DNA of 63,992 nt, filler included, from an uncultured Clostridia bacterium (GTDB taxonomy: Bacteria > Aerophobota > Aerophobia > Aerophobales > B3-G15), in NCBI GenBank assembly GCA_964482715.1. It is 6 parts of 4 records of this genome, joined end to end, with 100 filler letters (N's around TTAATTAATTAA, not from the genome) between each part and the next. Parts side by side here need not be neighbours in the genome. Positions count along the whole stretch, not along the records: positions 27,424 to 59,051 come from CAYZYX010000022.1; positions 59,152 to 63,992 come from CAYZYX010000053.1; 4 more parts are not named here. One strand, written 5' to 3'. Positions 49,286 through 59,962 of the stretch are shown piece by piece. The stretch's first letter is position 1. Every line of letters starts with the position of its first letter. The notes beneath the pieces were generated by a model. It worked only from the letters and a program-made list of their open reading frames with translations. It made no database searches and was not told where the DNA came from. A program made the position numbers and the translations under genes.

Positions 49286-50644
49286 CTACCTCACTTTTAA
49301 TCCTCTTTGTATGGCCTCTTTTATGTTGCTAACACCTATAAATTCCATTCCTTTGACCTTTTTAGCCTCTTTTTCTTCCAGAACGCACCCAAGGCAACGA
49401 GTAAATCCTAATTTTTTCGCTTCCTTCAGCCGACTTTCCATAAGACCTACTGGTCTTATTTCTCCTCCAAGTCCAACTTCACCAACTATCACGGTTTTTG
49501 GAGTAACGGGTTTTTCTTTTAAGCTGGAAACAACAGCCAGGGAAATTCCAAGATCACAAGCAGGTTCCTCCACCCTTACTCCACCTGTTGCATTTATATA
49601 CACATCCTTCTGGTAGAAATTGAGATTTTCTCCTTTCTCCAGAACAGCGAGCAAAAGGCAAACCCTGTTGTAATCCACCCCCTGGGTAACCCTCCTGGGA
49701 ATAGTCAAGTTTGATCTACATACCAGAGCTTGAATTTCGACTAAGAAAGCACGAGTTCCTTCAACCACAGGAACAATTGCTTTACCTGATACTTGACTGT
49801 TAAGCTGGTAGCTGCTAATAAAAATGGCTGAAGGGTCTACCACTTCTTCAAGTCCAGATTCACTCATTTTAAAAACACCTATTTCTGACGTGGGGCCAAA
49901 CCTGTTTTTTGTAGCTCGAAGAATTCTGAACTGATAATCTTTACTGGCTTCAAAGTAAAGAACAGTGTCCACTATATGTTCCATTATCCGGGGGCCCGCA
50001 ATATAACCTTCCTTGGTTACATGTCCCACAAGAAAAATGCTGATCTGATTGTTCTTGGCAATTCTTGTAAGATAGGATGCACATTCTCTAACCTGAGATA
50101 CAGTTCCAGGCGAAGATTCCATCTCATTTAAGTAAACTGTTTGAATGGAATCAAGTATTGCAACCTTTGGGTTTATCTTTTGGATTTCCTTCTCAATGAT
50201 TTCCAGATTGTTTTCAGCCAGCACGTAGAGAAAAGGCGATTTTATGTTTAATCGGTGTGCCCTCAGCTTTGTTTGTTGAAGAGATTCCTCTCCTGAAACA
50301 TAAAGAACGGGGAATTCCAGATAAGAAAGACTGTTGGCTACCTCCATTAAAAGTGTTGATTTACCAATTCCTGGTTCCCCTCCCACCAGCACTACTGACC
50401 CTGGAACAATTCCTCCTCCAAGAATACGATCGAATTCGTTAATTTTGGTTAAATAGCGATTTTCCGGGGAGACTTTTATTTCAGTAACCAACTGAGGAGG
50501 GGCACTTTCCACGCTGAACGTCTTTCTGGGCAAATTCATCTCTTCAACCAGCGAATCCCACTCTCCACACTCAGGACATCGTCCTTCCCACTTTAAGCTT
50601 TGATATCCACAGACTTTGCATACGAATTTTGATCTCTGTGTCAA
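49286..50644 (-). CDS. radA: DNA repair protein RadA/Sms
   Basis: CxxC..CxxC, GEPGIGKST, KNRFG. Confidence 0.95.
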   Translation of the reverse strand: MTQRSKFVCKVCGYQSLKWEGRCPECGEWDSLVEEMNLPRKTFSVESAPPQLVTEIKVSPENRYLTKINEFDRILGGGIVPGSVVLVGGEPGIGKSTLLMEVANSLSYLEFPVLYVSGEESLQQTKLRAHRLNIKSPFLYVLAENNLEIIEKEIQKINPKVAILDSIQTVYLNEMESSPGTVSQVRECASYLTRIAKNNQISIFLVGHVTKEGYIAGPRIMEHIVDTVLYFEASKDYQFRILRATKNRFGPTSEIGVFKMSESGLEEVVDPSAIFISSYQLNSQVSGKAIVPVVEGTRAFLVEIQALVCRSNLTIPRRVTQGVDYNRVCLLLAVLEKGENLNFYQKDVYINATGGVRVEEPACDLGISLAVVSSLKEKPVTPKTVIVGEVGLGGEIRPVGLMESRLKEAKKLGFTRCLGCVLEEKEAKKVKGMEFIGVSNIKEAIQRGLKVR

Positions 50645-51648
50645 AATGATTCACCTTTTTTAGCAAGGTTTAGACTTTTCAAAGCTTTACCGGTGCCAAC
50701 AGCAACACAGGAAATGGGATCCTCAGCTAAAAGAGCAGGAATTCCAGTTTCTTCTTTAATTAAAAGATCAAAATTTTTCAACAAGCTACCTCCACCGGTT
50801 AGAACGATTCTTCTTTCTATTATGTCTGCTGCAAGTTCTGGAGGAGTTCTTTCCAGAACAGCTTTTATACCACCAATTATTGTGGAAAGTGGTTCTGAAA
50901 GAACCCGACATATCTCTTCTGCTGTGATTTTAATTCGCTTTGGAAGTCCTGTTATTAAATCTCTCCCTCTCACTTCCATCTCCTCATCATGAGGTGGAAA
51001 AAGTGCATAGCCTATTTTTTTCTTGATTAATTCAGCTGAGATTTCTCCCAGTGCTACATTGTACTCTTTCCGCACATACCTTATTATAGCTTCATCCATT
51101 TTATCCCCTGCCACTCGTAAAGACTCTCCGGTAACTATGTCCCCCAGCGAAAGAACAGCAATATCAGTTGTTCCTCCACCTACATCTACAATCATACTCC
51201 CCTCAGGTCTTGTGATATCCAGATTTGCCCCAATAGCCGCTGCCTTAGGCTCTTCAATTAAAAAGACTTTTTTAGCCCCGGCTCTCAGGCCTGCATTAAT
51301 AGCAGCTCTTTTTTCCACGGAGGTTCCACCCGTAGGAATGCATATCATAAGGTAAGGATGAAATAACTCCCAGCGCCCACACACTTTTCTTATATAGTAG
51401 CGGAGCATCTGCTCAACTATGTCATAATCTGCGATAACACCGTCACGCATAGGTCTTAGGGCTACAATACTTCCCGGAGTTCTACCCAGCATCTCTCTTG
51501 CTTCCTCACCAATAGCTAATATTTTACCCGATTCACTATCCATAGCTACTACCGATGGTTCCCTGTAGATAACCCCTTTTCCATCCACATATACGATTAT
51601 GCTACTTGTGCCAAGGTCTATTCCAATTTTTTTGCTCAAATTTATCAT
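50641..51648 (-). CDS. mreB: Rod shape-determining protein MreB/Mbl
   Basis: GIDLGT, EPSVVA, RPMRDGVIAD, DVGGGTT, TPPELAAD. Confidence 0.92.
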   Translation of the reverse strand: MINLSKKIGIDLGTSSIIVYVDGKGVIYREPSVVAMDSESGKILAIGEEAREMLGRTPGSIVALRPMRDGVIADYDIVEQMLRYYIRKVCGRWELFHPYLMICIPTGGTSVEKRAAINAGLRAGAKKVFLIEEPKAAAIGANLDITRPEGSMIVDVGGGTTDIAVLSLGDIVTGESLRVAGDKMDEAIIRYVRKEYNVALGEISAELIKKKIGYALFPPHDEEMEVRGRDLITGLPKRIKITAEEICRVLSEPLSTIIGGIKAVLERTPPELAADIIERRIVLTGGGSLLKNFDLLIKEETGIPALLAEDPISCVAVGTGKALKSLNLAKKGESF

Positions 51649-51651
51649 TAT

Positions 51652-52926
51652 CTATTTGTCCTTTACTCTTTTTATTTTTGCGCCTAAACCGGCAAGTTTT
51701 TCTTCCAGTTTTTGATGCCCCCTGTCTATGTGAAAAATATTAAGGATCTCACTTTCACCTTTGGCTGCCAGTCCTGCTAAAACTAAAGCTGCTCCTCCTC
51801 GGATATCAGGTGCTGTTACTCGAGCACTTCTGAGAAAGGGGACCCCATTTATTATAATATTTTTACCTCGCCTGGTAAGTTCGGCTCCCATTTTTACCAG
51901 ATGAGACAAATGGGAGAATCTATTTTCAAAGACCGTCTCAGTAATTACACTGGTGCCCTCCGCCAGACAGGCAAGGGAGGTAAGTTGAGGTTGAAGATCT
52001 GTAGGAAAGCCAGGGTAAGGCATAGTTTTCACAGTGATCTTTTTGAGGGGTAAACCGCCTTTCACCTTTAAACTTCTCCTATTTATGCAAATTTCCACAC
52101 CCATATTTCTTAGTATGTTAATGGGACTTTCCAGGTGATCCGGGCAGATATTTTTTAACAGTAACTCTCCACCTGTTATTGCTGTTGCTATCATAAAAGT
52201 TCCTGCTTCAATCCTGTCAGAAATAATGGAATAACTTACAGGACAAAGCTCTCTACAACCAATTATACGTATGGTGCGTGTTCCTGCTCCCTCTATTTTT
52301 GCCCCGGCTTTGTTAAGAAAATTTGATAAGTCAACAATTTCCGGAGTACAGGATGCATTTTCAATAATAGTCTCCCCTTTAGCTAAAGAAGCCGCCAGCA
52401 TAAGGTTCTCGGTAGCTCCCACACTGGGGAAATCAAGATAGATACGGGTCCCTTTCAAGCAATGTTCTGCGATTGCCTCTATGTATCCGTCTTTTAAATT
52501 AAATCTGGCTCCCATTTGGGAAAGTCCTTTGAGGTGAAGATCTATAGGGCGAAGTCCTATGTTACACCCTCCGGGAAAGGCAACTATAGCCTTTCCTTTT
52601 CTTATTAAAAGTGGCCCCAGAGTTAAAATAGAAGCTCGGAGCATACCGGCAAGCTGCTTTTGAACCTTGTTCCCCTGGAGCAAAGATGCATTTAAAGTAA
52701 GGGTTTCTTTGTTTTTTTTGACTTCAACCCCCAGCTCTTTTAATATGTTAGCCATGAGCTTTATATCAAGTAAATCGGGTACATTGGAAAGTTGAAATGG
52801 TCCTTTTATAAGTAAAGAGGCAGCTATAATAGGGAGTGCCGCGTTCTTTGCCCCACTGATTTTCACTTCTCCCTTTAAGGGAATCTGACCCCGAACTACG
52901 AACTTCTCTTTAGTTTTTTCACTCAT
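51652..52926 (-). CDS. murA: UDP-N-acetylglucosamine 1-carboxyvinyltransferase
   Basis: SGAKNAALP, GGCNIGLRP, SVGATEN, GFPTDLQ. Confidence 0.95.
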   Translation of the reverse strand: MSEKTKEKFVVRGQIPLKGEVKISGAKNAALPIIAASLLIKGPFQLSNVPDLLDIKLMANILKELGVEVKKNKETLTLNASLLQGNKVQKQLAGMLRASILTLGPLLIRKGKAIVAFPGGCNIGLRPIDLHLKGLSQMGARFNLKDGYIEAIAEHCLKGTRIYLDFPSVGATENLMLAASLAKGETIIENASCTPEIVDLSNFLNKAGAKIEGAGTRTIRIIGCRELCPVSYSIISDRIEAGTFMIATAITGGELLLKNICPDHLESPINILRNMGVEICINRRSLKVKGGLPLKKITVKTMPYPGFPTDLQPQLTSLACLAEGTSVITETVFENRFSHLSHLVKMGAELTRRGKNIIINGVPFLRSARVTAPDIRGGAALVLAGLAAKGESEILNIFHIDRGHQKLEEKLAGLGAKIKRVKDK

Positions 52927-53908
52927 CTTTCAACTTTTCATCCATTATTTGAATAAAACTTTTACTTTTTAACTGGTTTATCCAATTTTCTATTAATTGT
53001 ACCACTTTTTTCCCCTTGAGAAAATCTTCCATCGCTTTTTCCCATTGCTGAAAGGAAATCTCCACCCGGTCCTTGACTTCAATAATTTGATAAAATTCTT
53101 CGTCAATTTTAATCGGGCCAACAATATCTCCTTTCTCAGCACCGCTGAGAGCTGAACGCAGAGTTTCGTTAAGCTTAAACAGGTTTATCCACCCCAGGTC
53201 TCCACCTTCTTTTGCCCGGGCTCCTTTAGAAAATTTCCTGGCCAGATCTTCAAATTCCTCTCCCTGAATTAATTTTTCCTTGATTTTTTTTGCCTGAGCC
53301 TCATTTTTTACGATAATCTGTGCCAGATGGATTTTCTCTTCTTCGTTTAGTTTATCCTTGTAGATAGCATAAAACTCTCTCACCAGATCATAATTTGTTT
53401 TTTTTCCTCTTAAATACCTCTTTAAATTGAGATAGAAATCGTTTATCTCACTTTTATCTATCCTGATCTGATTTATCAATAAATTGGCTTTCCATTTTAT
53501 AATTTTATCTTGAAGTAAATGGCGCCTTATCTTATTTTGTAAACCTTCAAGGCTAATCTGGTTTTTTTCTAAATTTCTAACAAAATCGTCCTCAGACATC
53601 TCTCCCCTTAATCCGTCCATGACCTTCTTAATTTCTGTGTTGGATACAGTAAAACCTTTATTTTCAGCCTCCTGCGTTAGAACATACTCTTCAATTATTT
53701 GCCAGAGGATCTTCTTTTTTTCCGGAATATTTATTGAGGTTACTCCTGTCTCGGCTTTAAACATGTTGATCTCCTCTTCCAGCTGAGTACGGGTTATGAT
53801 AGCCCCATTCACAGCAGCTACCACTTCATCTATAACTTCAAAACAAAATCCCGGGCTGGCCGGTAAGATGTAAAACAATAAAAAAAATAGTAAAAATTTG
53901 CCCTTCAT
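52919..53908 (-). CDS. SurA/PrsA-like parvulin peptidyl-prolyl isomerase
   Basis: Signal peptide, VAAVNGAIIT SurA_N, FEDLARKFS..GGDLGW rotamase; start ATG 53908. Confidence 0.85.
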   Translation of the reverse strand: MKGKFLLFFLLFYILPASPGFCFEVIDEVVAAVNGAIITRTQLEEEINMFKAETGVTSINIPEKKKILWQIIEEYVLTQEAENKGFTVSNTEIKKVMDGLRGEMSEDDFVRNLEKNQISLEGLQNKIRRHLLQDKIIKWKANLLINQIRIDKSEINDFYLNLKRYLRGKKTNYDLVREFYAIYKDKLNEEEKIHLAQIIVKNEAQAKKIKEKLIQGEEFEDLARKFSKGARAKEGGDLGWINLFKLNETLRSALSGAEKGDIVGPIKIDEEFYQIIEVKDRVEISFQQWEKAMEDFLKGKKVVQLIENWINQLKSKSFIQIMDEKLKDE

Positions 53909-53931
53909 TCTTTTTTGCTTTATCCGGATTG

Positions 53932-56900
53932 CTATATTAGCAAATCTTTCATTTTTTGCAAAAGTTCTCTTACCCATATTAAGAAGGATTCATCTTTCTT
54001 TTTCCCGTTTTTTAAGAGAAGCAGATTCTTTTCATCCATGGGAAAGGTCTTTACTTCTCCAGCCAACCTGCTGGCTAATCTTTCTTTTTTGCCTGGATTA
54101 AGTAGATTAAAAGGAGAAAAGGTAATTTTTATATTATGATCGAAGTTTTCCCTGATGGAACAGATGCCTATTTGCCTGGCCAAAATCTTAATGTGCAAAA
54201 GATGAATCAGATTTCTTACCACTGAAGGCAAACTACCAAATCTATCTTTGAGCTCTTCTTTAATTTCCAGAATTTCTTCCTCTTTTTCTATTTTTCCTAT
54301 TTTTTGGTAAATTTGCATTCTCTGTAGCTTATCAGGGACATAAGAAGGAGGAATTCGAGCTTCAATTCCCAGTTCAATATGAACAGGAAAAGAAGGTTTT
54401 ACGGGTTCACCTTTTAATTTTTTTACTTCTTCAGATAGAAGCTGAGAGTAGAGGGTAAAACCAACTGCCAGCATGTGTCCGTGTTGTTCCTTTCCCAAAA
54501 GATTACCAGCTCCTCTTATATGTAGGTCTTCCATGGCGATTTTAAAACTCGAACCTGGACCTTTAAATTGGTGAATTATTTCCAGTCTCCTCTTTGCCTG
54601 CTCGGTAAGAGGTTTTCTGGGATCGAAGAGAAAATAAGCATAACCTTTTTTAACACCTCTGCCCACTCTGCCTCTTAGTTGATAAAGGTCTGCAAGACCA
54701 AATTTTTCTGAATCTTCAACAATCAGGGTATTCACGTTAGGCATGTCTATACCTGACTCTACGATAGATGTACAAACCAGGACGTCGTATTTTTTATGAA
54801 GGAAATCCCGCACGGTTTTTTCTAAATGAGATGCTCGCATCTGACCATGAGCCACTGTAAAACGAATCTGGGGAAGAAGTTTTTTAAGTTTTTCTGCAAC
54901 AGATTGGATACCTTTTACTCTGTTGTAAAGATAGAAAATCTGTCCTCCTCTTGATACTTCTCTAAGAATAGCTTCCCTGACGAGTTTTTCGTTGTAAGGA
55001 CTAACCATTGTTTCAACATTTTGCCTTTCCCTTGGGGGAGAAAAAATGGTGCTGAGTTCAAATATACCTGTGAGCGCCATATAAAGCGAGCGGGGGATAG
55101 GAGTTGCAGAAAGAGTTAAAACATCAACAGTCTTACAGAATTCTCTTATTTTCTTTTTTTGAACAACGCCGAATTTTTGTTCTTCATCAATAATTACAAG
55201 TCCCAGATCTTTAAATTCTATGTCCGATTGAATCAGCCGATGTGTCCCTATGATTATATCCACAAGTCCTTTCTTTAAATCTTGAATGATTTCTTGTTGC
55301 TTGCCTGGAGATTGAAACCTTGAAAGCATCTCTATACGCACTGGATAATCAACCATTCTTTCAGAAAAATTTCTATAGTGCTGTTCTGCTAAAATGGTAG
55401 TTGGTGCCAGCACTGCCACCTGTTTACCATCCATGACAGCTTTAAAACTCGCTCTGATTGCAACTTCTGTTTTTCCATAACCTGCATCACCACAGACCAG
55501 TCTGTCCATGGGAGTTGGACTTTCCATATCTCTTTTAACTTCTTGAGTAGCTTTTAATTGATCGGGAGTCTCTTCATAAGGAAAAGAAGCTTCAAACTCT
55601 AATTGCCACCTGGAATCAGGAGAAAAGACATAACCAGGCTTAGCTTTTCTGATGGAATAAAGTTGAAGGAGAGATGAAGCTAACTGCCTTGTGGCATTTC
55701 TTACTCTTCTTTTTGTTAGTTCCCACTGACCTCCCTCCAGATTGTACACTGGGGGAGGATTATCTGAATCTCCAACATATTTGTGTATTCTATCAAATTG
55801 ACTTAAAGGAACGTAGAGGCGGTCTGAACCTTTATAATCAATGCGAAAATAGTCTCCCGGTTTTCCCATAACATTTAAAGTAACCAGTCCCTTAAATTTA
55901 CCGATTCCATAATCAACATGAACGACATAGTCTCCCTCTTTGAGTTGTTCCCAGCTTCTTATTTCCTCCTCTTCGGGAATCAATCTCCATCTTTTTCTTC
56001 GCTGCCCATATCTTTTAAAAATGTCTCTATCTGTAATCAGGATGTCTCTGGTTGATTTAAATACAAATCCTTTATTTAAATCTCCTTGAGTGATAAGGAG
56101 CGGATAATTTTCCTCTATGTCGAAAGACTCTTTCAACCTGAAGTATAATTCCTTTTCCTTTAAAATTTCGCGCAATCTCTCTGCCTGACCTGGAGAAGGA
56201 GTAACTATGTTTATTTGATAATCTTGTTCCTGCCAATTTTTTATGTCTTTGGCTAAAAGGTCCACATTACCATGCCAGAAGGAGAGTGGAGCAGAATCTA
56301 ATTTTATCTTTTTCCTGCACCTCATCCACATTGTTTCCTGGGAAAACGTAGAAATATAAAAGGATGCATTACCTATGAAATTTCTTATTAACTTTTCCTC
56401 TTTAAGGGTTTTTATTTCCCCTTCTAATTCAAGAGGTTCGTCCAAAACCAGGATATAAGAGGAGGGAACAATTTGAATCAATGGGTGAAGATTATTTTTC
56501 TGATCGTTAATTAATTCTGGCCCATCCCACAGAGAAAGATTAACCTGGTTAATCCTTCTTACAGAACGTTGAGTCCGGGGATCAAATTCTCTAATAGATT
56601 CTATCTTATCGCCAAAAAACTCAACTCTTAACGGATAGTCATGGACGGGAGAGAAAAAATCAACAATTGCACCTCGAACGGAAAAATCTCCTTTTTCTTC
56701 TACCAGGGGAACGGGTCGATATCCTCTCTCTACTAACCATTTTACCAGTTTGTCTCTTGCAGTTTCCCGACCTTTCTCTAAAAGAAGTCTTTGAGAGTCA
56801 ACCCTCTCCCGGGAAGGGACTTTTTGTATCGCCGAAGATAAGGAACTTACTATAATCAGGTTTTTTTCTTGATCGATCTTATATAGAAGTTGACATATTT

Positions 56901-57150
56901 GGGGGTTAAAAGCATTATCGGAAGCAGGGACAGGAAAAACTTTATCTGGACAGAAAGTCTGCAAATCTTGATAGACTCTTTCTGCCTGACTTTGCCGGGG
57001 AAGGAGGTAGAAAAGAGAGATTTTAAATTTCTTCCAAAGCAAAAATACGCCATATGCTCTGGCTTCAGGAACGACCCCCTGCAGCCAGCAAGGTGTGTCT
57101 CGTTTTAGATCAAAATCCTGCAGAAAACCCTCTCTTTTTAACTTAATCAC
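53932..57150 (-). CDS. mfd: Transcription-repair coupling factor
   Basis: VVHVDYGIG CarD-like domain, CGDAGYGKTE, DEEQ, QLRGRVGR, TRCF C-terminus. Confidence 0.95.
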   Translation of the reverse strand: MIKLKREGFLQDFDLKRDTPCWLQGVVPEARAYGVFLLWKKFKISLFYLLPRQSQAERVYQDLQTFCPDKVFPVPASDNAFNPQICQLLYKIDQEKNLIIVSSLSSAIQKVPSRERVDSQRLLLEKGRETARDKLVKWLVERGYRPVPLVEEKGDFSVRGAIVDFFSPVHDYPLRVEFFGDKIESIREFDPRTQRSVRRINQVNLSLWDGPELINDQKNNLHPLIQIVPSSYILVLDEPLELEGEIKTLKEEKLIRNFIGNASFYISTFSQETMWMRCRKKIKLDSAPLSFWHGNVDLLAKDIKNWQEQDYQINIVTPSPGQAERLREILKEKELYFRLKESFDIEENYPLLITQGDLNKGFVFKSTRDILITDRDIFKRYGQRRKRWRLIPEEEEIRSWEQLKEGDYVVHVDYGIGKFKGLVTLNVMGKPGDYFRIDYKGSDRLYVPLSQFDRIHKYVGDSDNPPPVYNLEGGQWELTKRRVRNATRQLASSLLQLYSIRKAKPGYVFSPDSRWQLEFEASFPYEETPDQLKATQEVKRDMESPTPMDRLVCGDAGYGKTEVAIRASFKAVMDGKQVAVLAPTTILAEQHYRNFSERMVDYPVRIEMLSRFQSPGKQQEIIQDLKKGLVDIIIGTHRLIQSDIEFKDLGLVIIDEEQKFGVVQKKKIREFCKTVDVLTLSATPIPRSLYMALTGIFELSTIFSPPRERQNVETMVSPYNEKLVREAILREVSRGGQIFYLYNRVKGIQSVAEKLKKLLPQIRFTVAHGQMRASHLEKTVRDFLHKKYDVLVCTSIVESGIDMPNVNTLIVEDSEKFGLADLYQLRGRVGRGVKKGYAYFLFDPRKPLTEQAKRRLEIIHQFKGPGSSFKIAMEDLHIRGAGNLLGKEQHGHMLAVGFTLYSQLLSEEVKKLKGEPVKPSFPVHIELGIEARIPPSYVPDKLQRMQIYQKIGKIEKEEEILEIKEELKDRFGSLPSVVRNLIHLLHIKILARQIGICSIRENFDHNIKITFSPFNLLNPGKKERLASRLAGEVKTFPMDEKNLLLLKNGKKKDESFLIWVRELLQKMKDLLI

Positions 57151-58225
57151 TTACAAGTTCTTTCTCCTTCATCATCTTCATCAAAGGAATAAGGAGCTGA
57201 TCTAACTCTCCATTAAGAATTTCCTCAAGATTATGGAGAGTGAGCCCAACTCTATGGTCTGTAACCCTACCTTGAGGAAAATTGTATGTTCTAATTCTTT
57301 CAGATCTTTCTCCTCTTCCAATCTGTGCTTTTCTCTCGCGAGATATTTTTTCTCTCAACTCTTCCTCTTTCTTCTGTAAAAGTTGAGCTCTCAAGACCCG
57401 CATGGCTTTGGCTCTATTTTGATGTTGCGATCGTTCATCTTGACACTGAACAACTATTCCAGTAGGAATGTGGGTGATTCTCACTGCAGAATCGGTAACA
57501 TTTACATGCTGTCCTCCAGCTCCCCGGGAGCGAAAAGTTTCTATTCGTAGATCCTCGGGGTTAATGTTAATTTCGTCTATTTCCTCCGCCTCTGGTAGTA
57601 CCGCTACCGTGGCTGTGGATGTGTGAATGCGTCCACTGGACTCGGTTATGGGAACTCTCTGCACTCGATGAACCCCGCTTTCATATCGAAGAGTAGAAAA
57701 GGCATCTTTGCCTTCTACCAGAAAAATGACCTCCTTAAATCCTCCTATATCAGTTGGATGGAAATGAATATTTTCTATTTTCCAGCCTTTCTGTTCGCTG
57801 TATCTGGTATACATCTTATAAAGATCCGCAACGAATAAAGCAGCTTCTTCCCCTCCTGCTCCAGCTCTTATTTCAACCACGGCGTTTCGATGAGAAAATT
57901 TATCTCTGGGAAGAAGGAAAAAAAATAGCTTTTCCTCCAGAAGAGCAAGTTCTCGTTCAATACTATCTTTTTCCTCTCGAGCAAGCTCTTTGATTTCTTC
58001 ATCCTTTTCTTCTCTGAGCATATTTGTAAGTTTTTTTAATTCATGCTCCAGTTTTTCATAACGTTTCCATAAACCAACAACTTCTTGAAGTTCTTTTTGC
58101 TCTTTCCCGTATTTTTGTATTAACTTAGGATTTTGCACCACATCAGAGTGTGCAAGAATCTCGGTCAGCTCGTTGTATCTTTTTTCCAGTTCTTTAAATT
58201 TTTTAATATCCTCTCCCTTTATCAT
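57143..58225 (-). CDS. prfA: Peptide chain release factor 1
   Basis: VQRVPIT (PxT) and GAGGQ motifs, RTYNFPQ. Confidence 0.95.
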   Translation of the reverse strand: MIKGEDIKKFKELEKRYNELTEILAHSDVVQNPKLIQKYGKEQKELQEVVGLWKRYEKLEHELKKLTNMLREEKDEEIKELAREEKDSIERELALLEEKLFFFLLPRDKFSHRNAVVEIRAGAGGEEAALFVADLYKMYTRYSEQKGWKIENIHFHPTDIGGFKEVIFLVEGKDAFSTLRYESGVHRVQRVPITESSGRIHTSTATVAVLPEAEEIDEININPEDLRIETFRSRGAGGQHVNVTDSAVRITHIPTGIVVQCQDERSQHQNRAKAMRVLRAQLLQKKEEELREKISRERKAQIGRGERSERIRTYNFPQGRVTDHRVGLTLHNLEEILNGELDQLLIPLMKMMKEKELVSD

Positions 58226-58845
58226 CAATCCTCCTCCAGTTCAATATTCCAGTAAGCCATATCCAAAAATTCTTGCCAATTCATTTTTTCAGGAAAATCC
58301 GGAAGTGTGCTGTTTACAAAAGTCTTCCAGTCAGGTTTTTTGGGCTTCCTGATGAGCTTCATTCCAGCCTCAGCTAAAGTGCGATTCCCTTTGCGCATAT
58401 TGCACTCTATACAGGAACAGACCACATTATCCCATGTATTTTTTCCACCCCGAGAAAGAGGAATTACGTGATCCAGATTCAGTTCTTCCGTGGGTAATCT
58501 TCGACCACAATACTGACAGGTGTTGTTATCTCTACGATATATGTTTTTTCTGGTAAATTTTATCCTGCGAGGAGGAAGGCGATCATATAACATAAGAATT
58601 ATAACCCGTGGAACTTTAATTCTGTAGCTTACAGTATTAATAAAATCATCTCCTCCCATTTCTCTTTCTGAGAAATCTCTCCAATCTTCAAAACCAAAGG
58701 TATAAAAAGACCCTCCTTTTTTTATAACTACCTGAGCATGGTTAAGATAGAGAAGACAAAGCGCCCTTTTCACCGAACAAACATCTATAGCTTGCCATAG
58801 TCTGTTCAATACCAGTACATTACTCTGAAGAACACTTGCATTCAT
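58225..58845 (-). CDS. HNH endonuclease (McrA/HNH_5-like)
   Basis: VLVLN N-terminus, RDNNTCQYCG, DHVIPLSRGG..W.N...C..CN..KG. Confidence 0.9.
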   Translation of the reverse strand: MNASVLQSNVLVLNRLWQAIDVCSVKRALCLLYLNHAQVVIKKGGSFYTFGFEDWRDFSEREMGGDDFINTVSYRIKVPRVIILMLYDRLPPRRIKFTRKNIYRRDNNTCQYCGRRLPTEELNLDHVIPLSRGGKNTWDNVVCSCIECNMRKGNRTLAEAGMKLIRKPKKPDWKTFVNSTLPDFPEKMNWQEFLDMAYWNIELEED

Positions 58846-58959
58846 TTTAAAGCTACATATTTTTGCAAAATTAAACTTAAGTATAATATTATTGAAAATG
58901 AGCTATCTGTCAAATACACCCCGTTCAATCCTGACATGTCCCAACTCCACAATTATGCT

Positions 58960-59015
58960 CTGACATGGGGCCAGTTTTTACCTATACCTTTCGCTTCAGG
59001 CTTCCGGGTATCTCA
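58960..59015. mobile_element. Partial third copy (left end) of the MITE-like element
   Basis: 47/56 nt identical to 61188-61243; similarity stops about 35 bp before the contig end. Confidence 0.75.
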
Positions 59016-59051
59016 GGGTGAATTGAGAGGGCGTGTCAAGTAAAGCTCCTC

Positions 59052-59151
59052 NNNNNNNNNNNNNNNNNNNNNNNNNNNNNNNNNNNNNNNNNNNNTTAAT
59101 TAATTAANNNNNNNNNNNNNNNNNNNNNNNNNNNNNNNNNNNNNNNNNNNN
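59052..59151. other. Artificial contig linker
   Basis: N run with TTAATTAATTAA. Confidence 0.99.
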
Positions 59152-59962
59152 CCACAGGTCTTTTTTCACCACTGCCTAAAGCTTTTTCCAGCTGCCGTAT
59201 CTTTTTCACCATCTCACCAAACTCATTTACCTCCAGAGCAAATGAATGGTCTGGACCTTTTAGATTTCTGCTTAAAGTCAGGTGTTTCTCAATTACAGAT
59301 GCTCCCAGAGCAACTGCACCAAGAGGGACCACCTCACCCGGAGTATGATCAGAGTATCCCACGGGAAGGTCAAAAAAATTTCTCATGGTAACCATGGCTT
59401 TGATATTGGCATCTTCTAATTTTGCCGGGTAACAAGAAACACATTGCAGAAGGATAATTTCATTATTTCCTTCCCGTCTTACTGTATCCACTGCTTTTTT
59501 TACTTCTTCCAGAAAAGCCATACCCGTGGAGAGAATGACAGGTTTTTTAAATCTGGCCACATGTCTCAACAACGGATAAAAGGTCAGATCACCGGAGGCT
59601 ATTTTAAAAGCATCAACACCTATTTCTTGTAGAAGATTCGCCCTTTCAATATCAAAGGGGGTGGAAAGAAAAATAATCCCCTTTTTTCTGGCATACAAAA
59701 CCAGTTCCTGATACCAGTCTTCTGGCAAAGCGTTTTGATTTACAACTCTGTGTACATGGGGGAGTTTTTTTCTGCTTACCAGCAAGTCAGCCTTAAAGGA
59801 CTGAAATTTCACGGCATCCGCTCCAGCTTCTTTTGCTGCCTGAATCAGCCTTTTCGCCTGATTTAAACTTCCATCATGATTTGATCCTATTTCAGCAATG
59901 ATAAAGGTGGGTTCACCTTCGCCAACTATTCTTTTGGCAATTCTTATCTTATCCATTTTCAA
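59152..59962 (-). CDS. NeuB/PseI-family nonulosonic acid synthase, C-terminus truncated
   Basis: IIAEIGSNHDG, DAVKFQ, STPFD, KIASGD, GYSDHT, IEKH. Confidence 0.9.

Noticed and set aside
58225-58845. HNH protein as an IscB/Cas9-like RNA-guided nuclease using the nearby structured repeat
   Set aside because: Only 206 aa, with no RuvC motifs, PLMP start or bridge helix; fits a stand-alone HNH_5 family, and the other repeat copies have no HNH neighbour.
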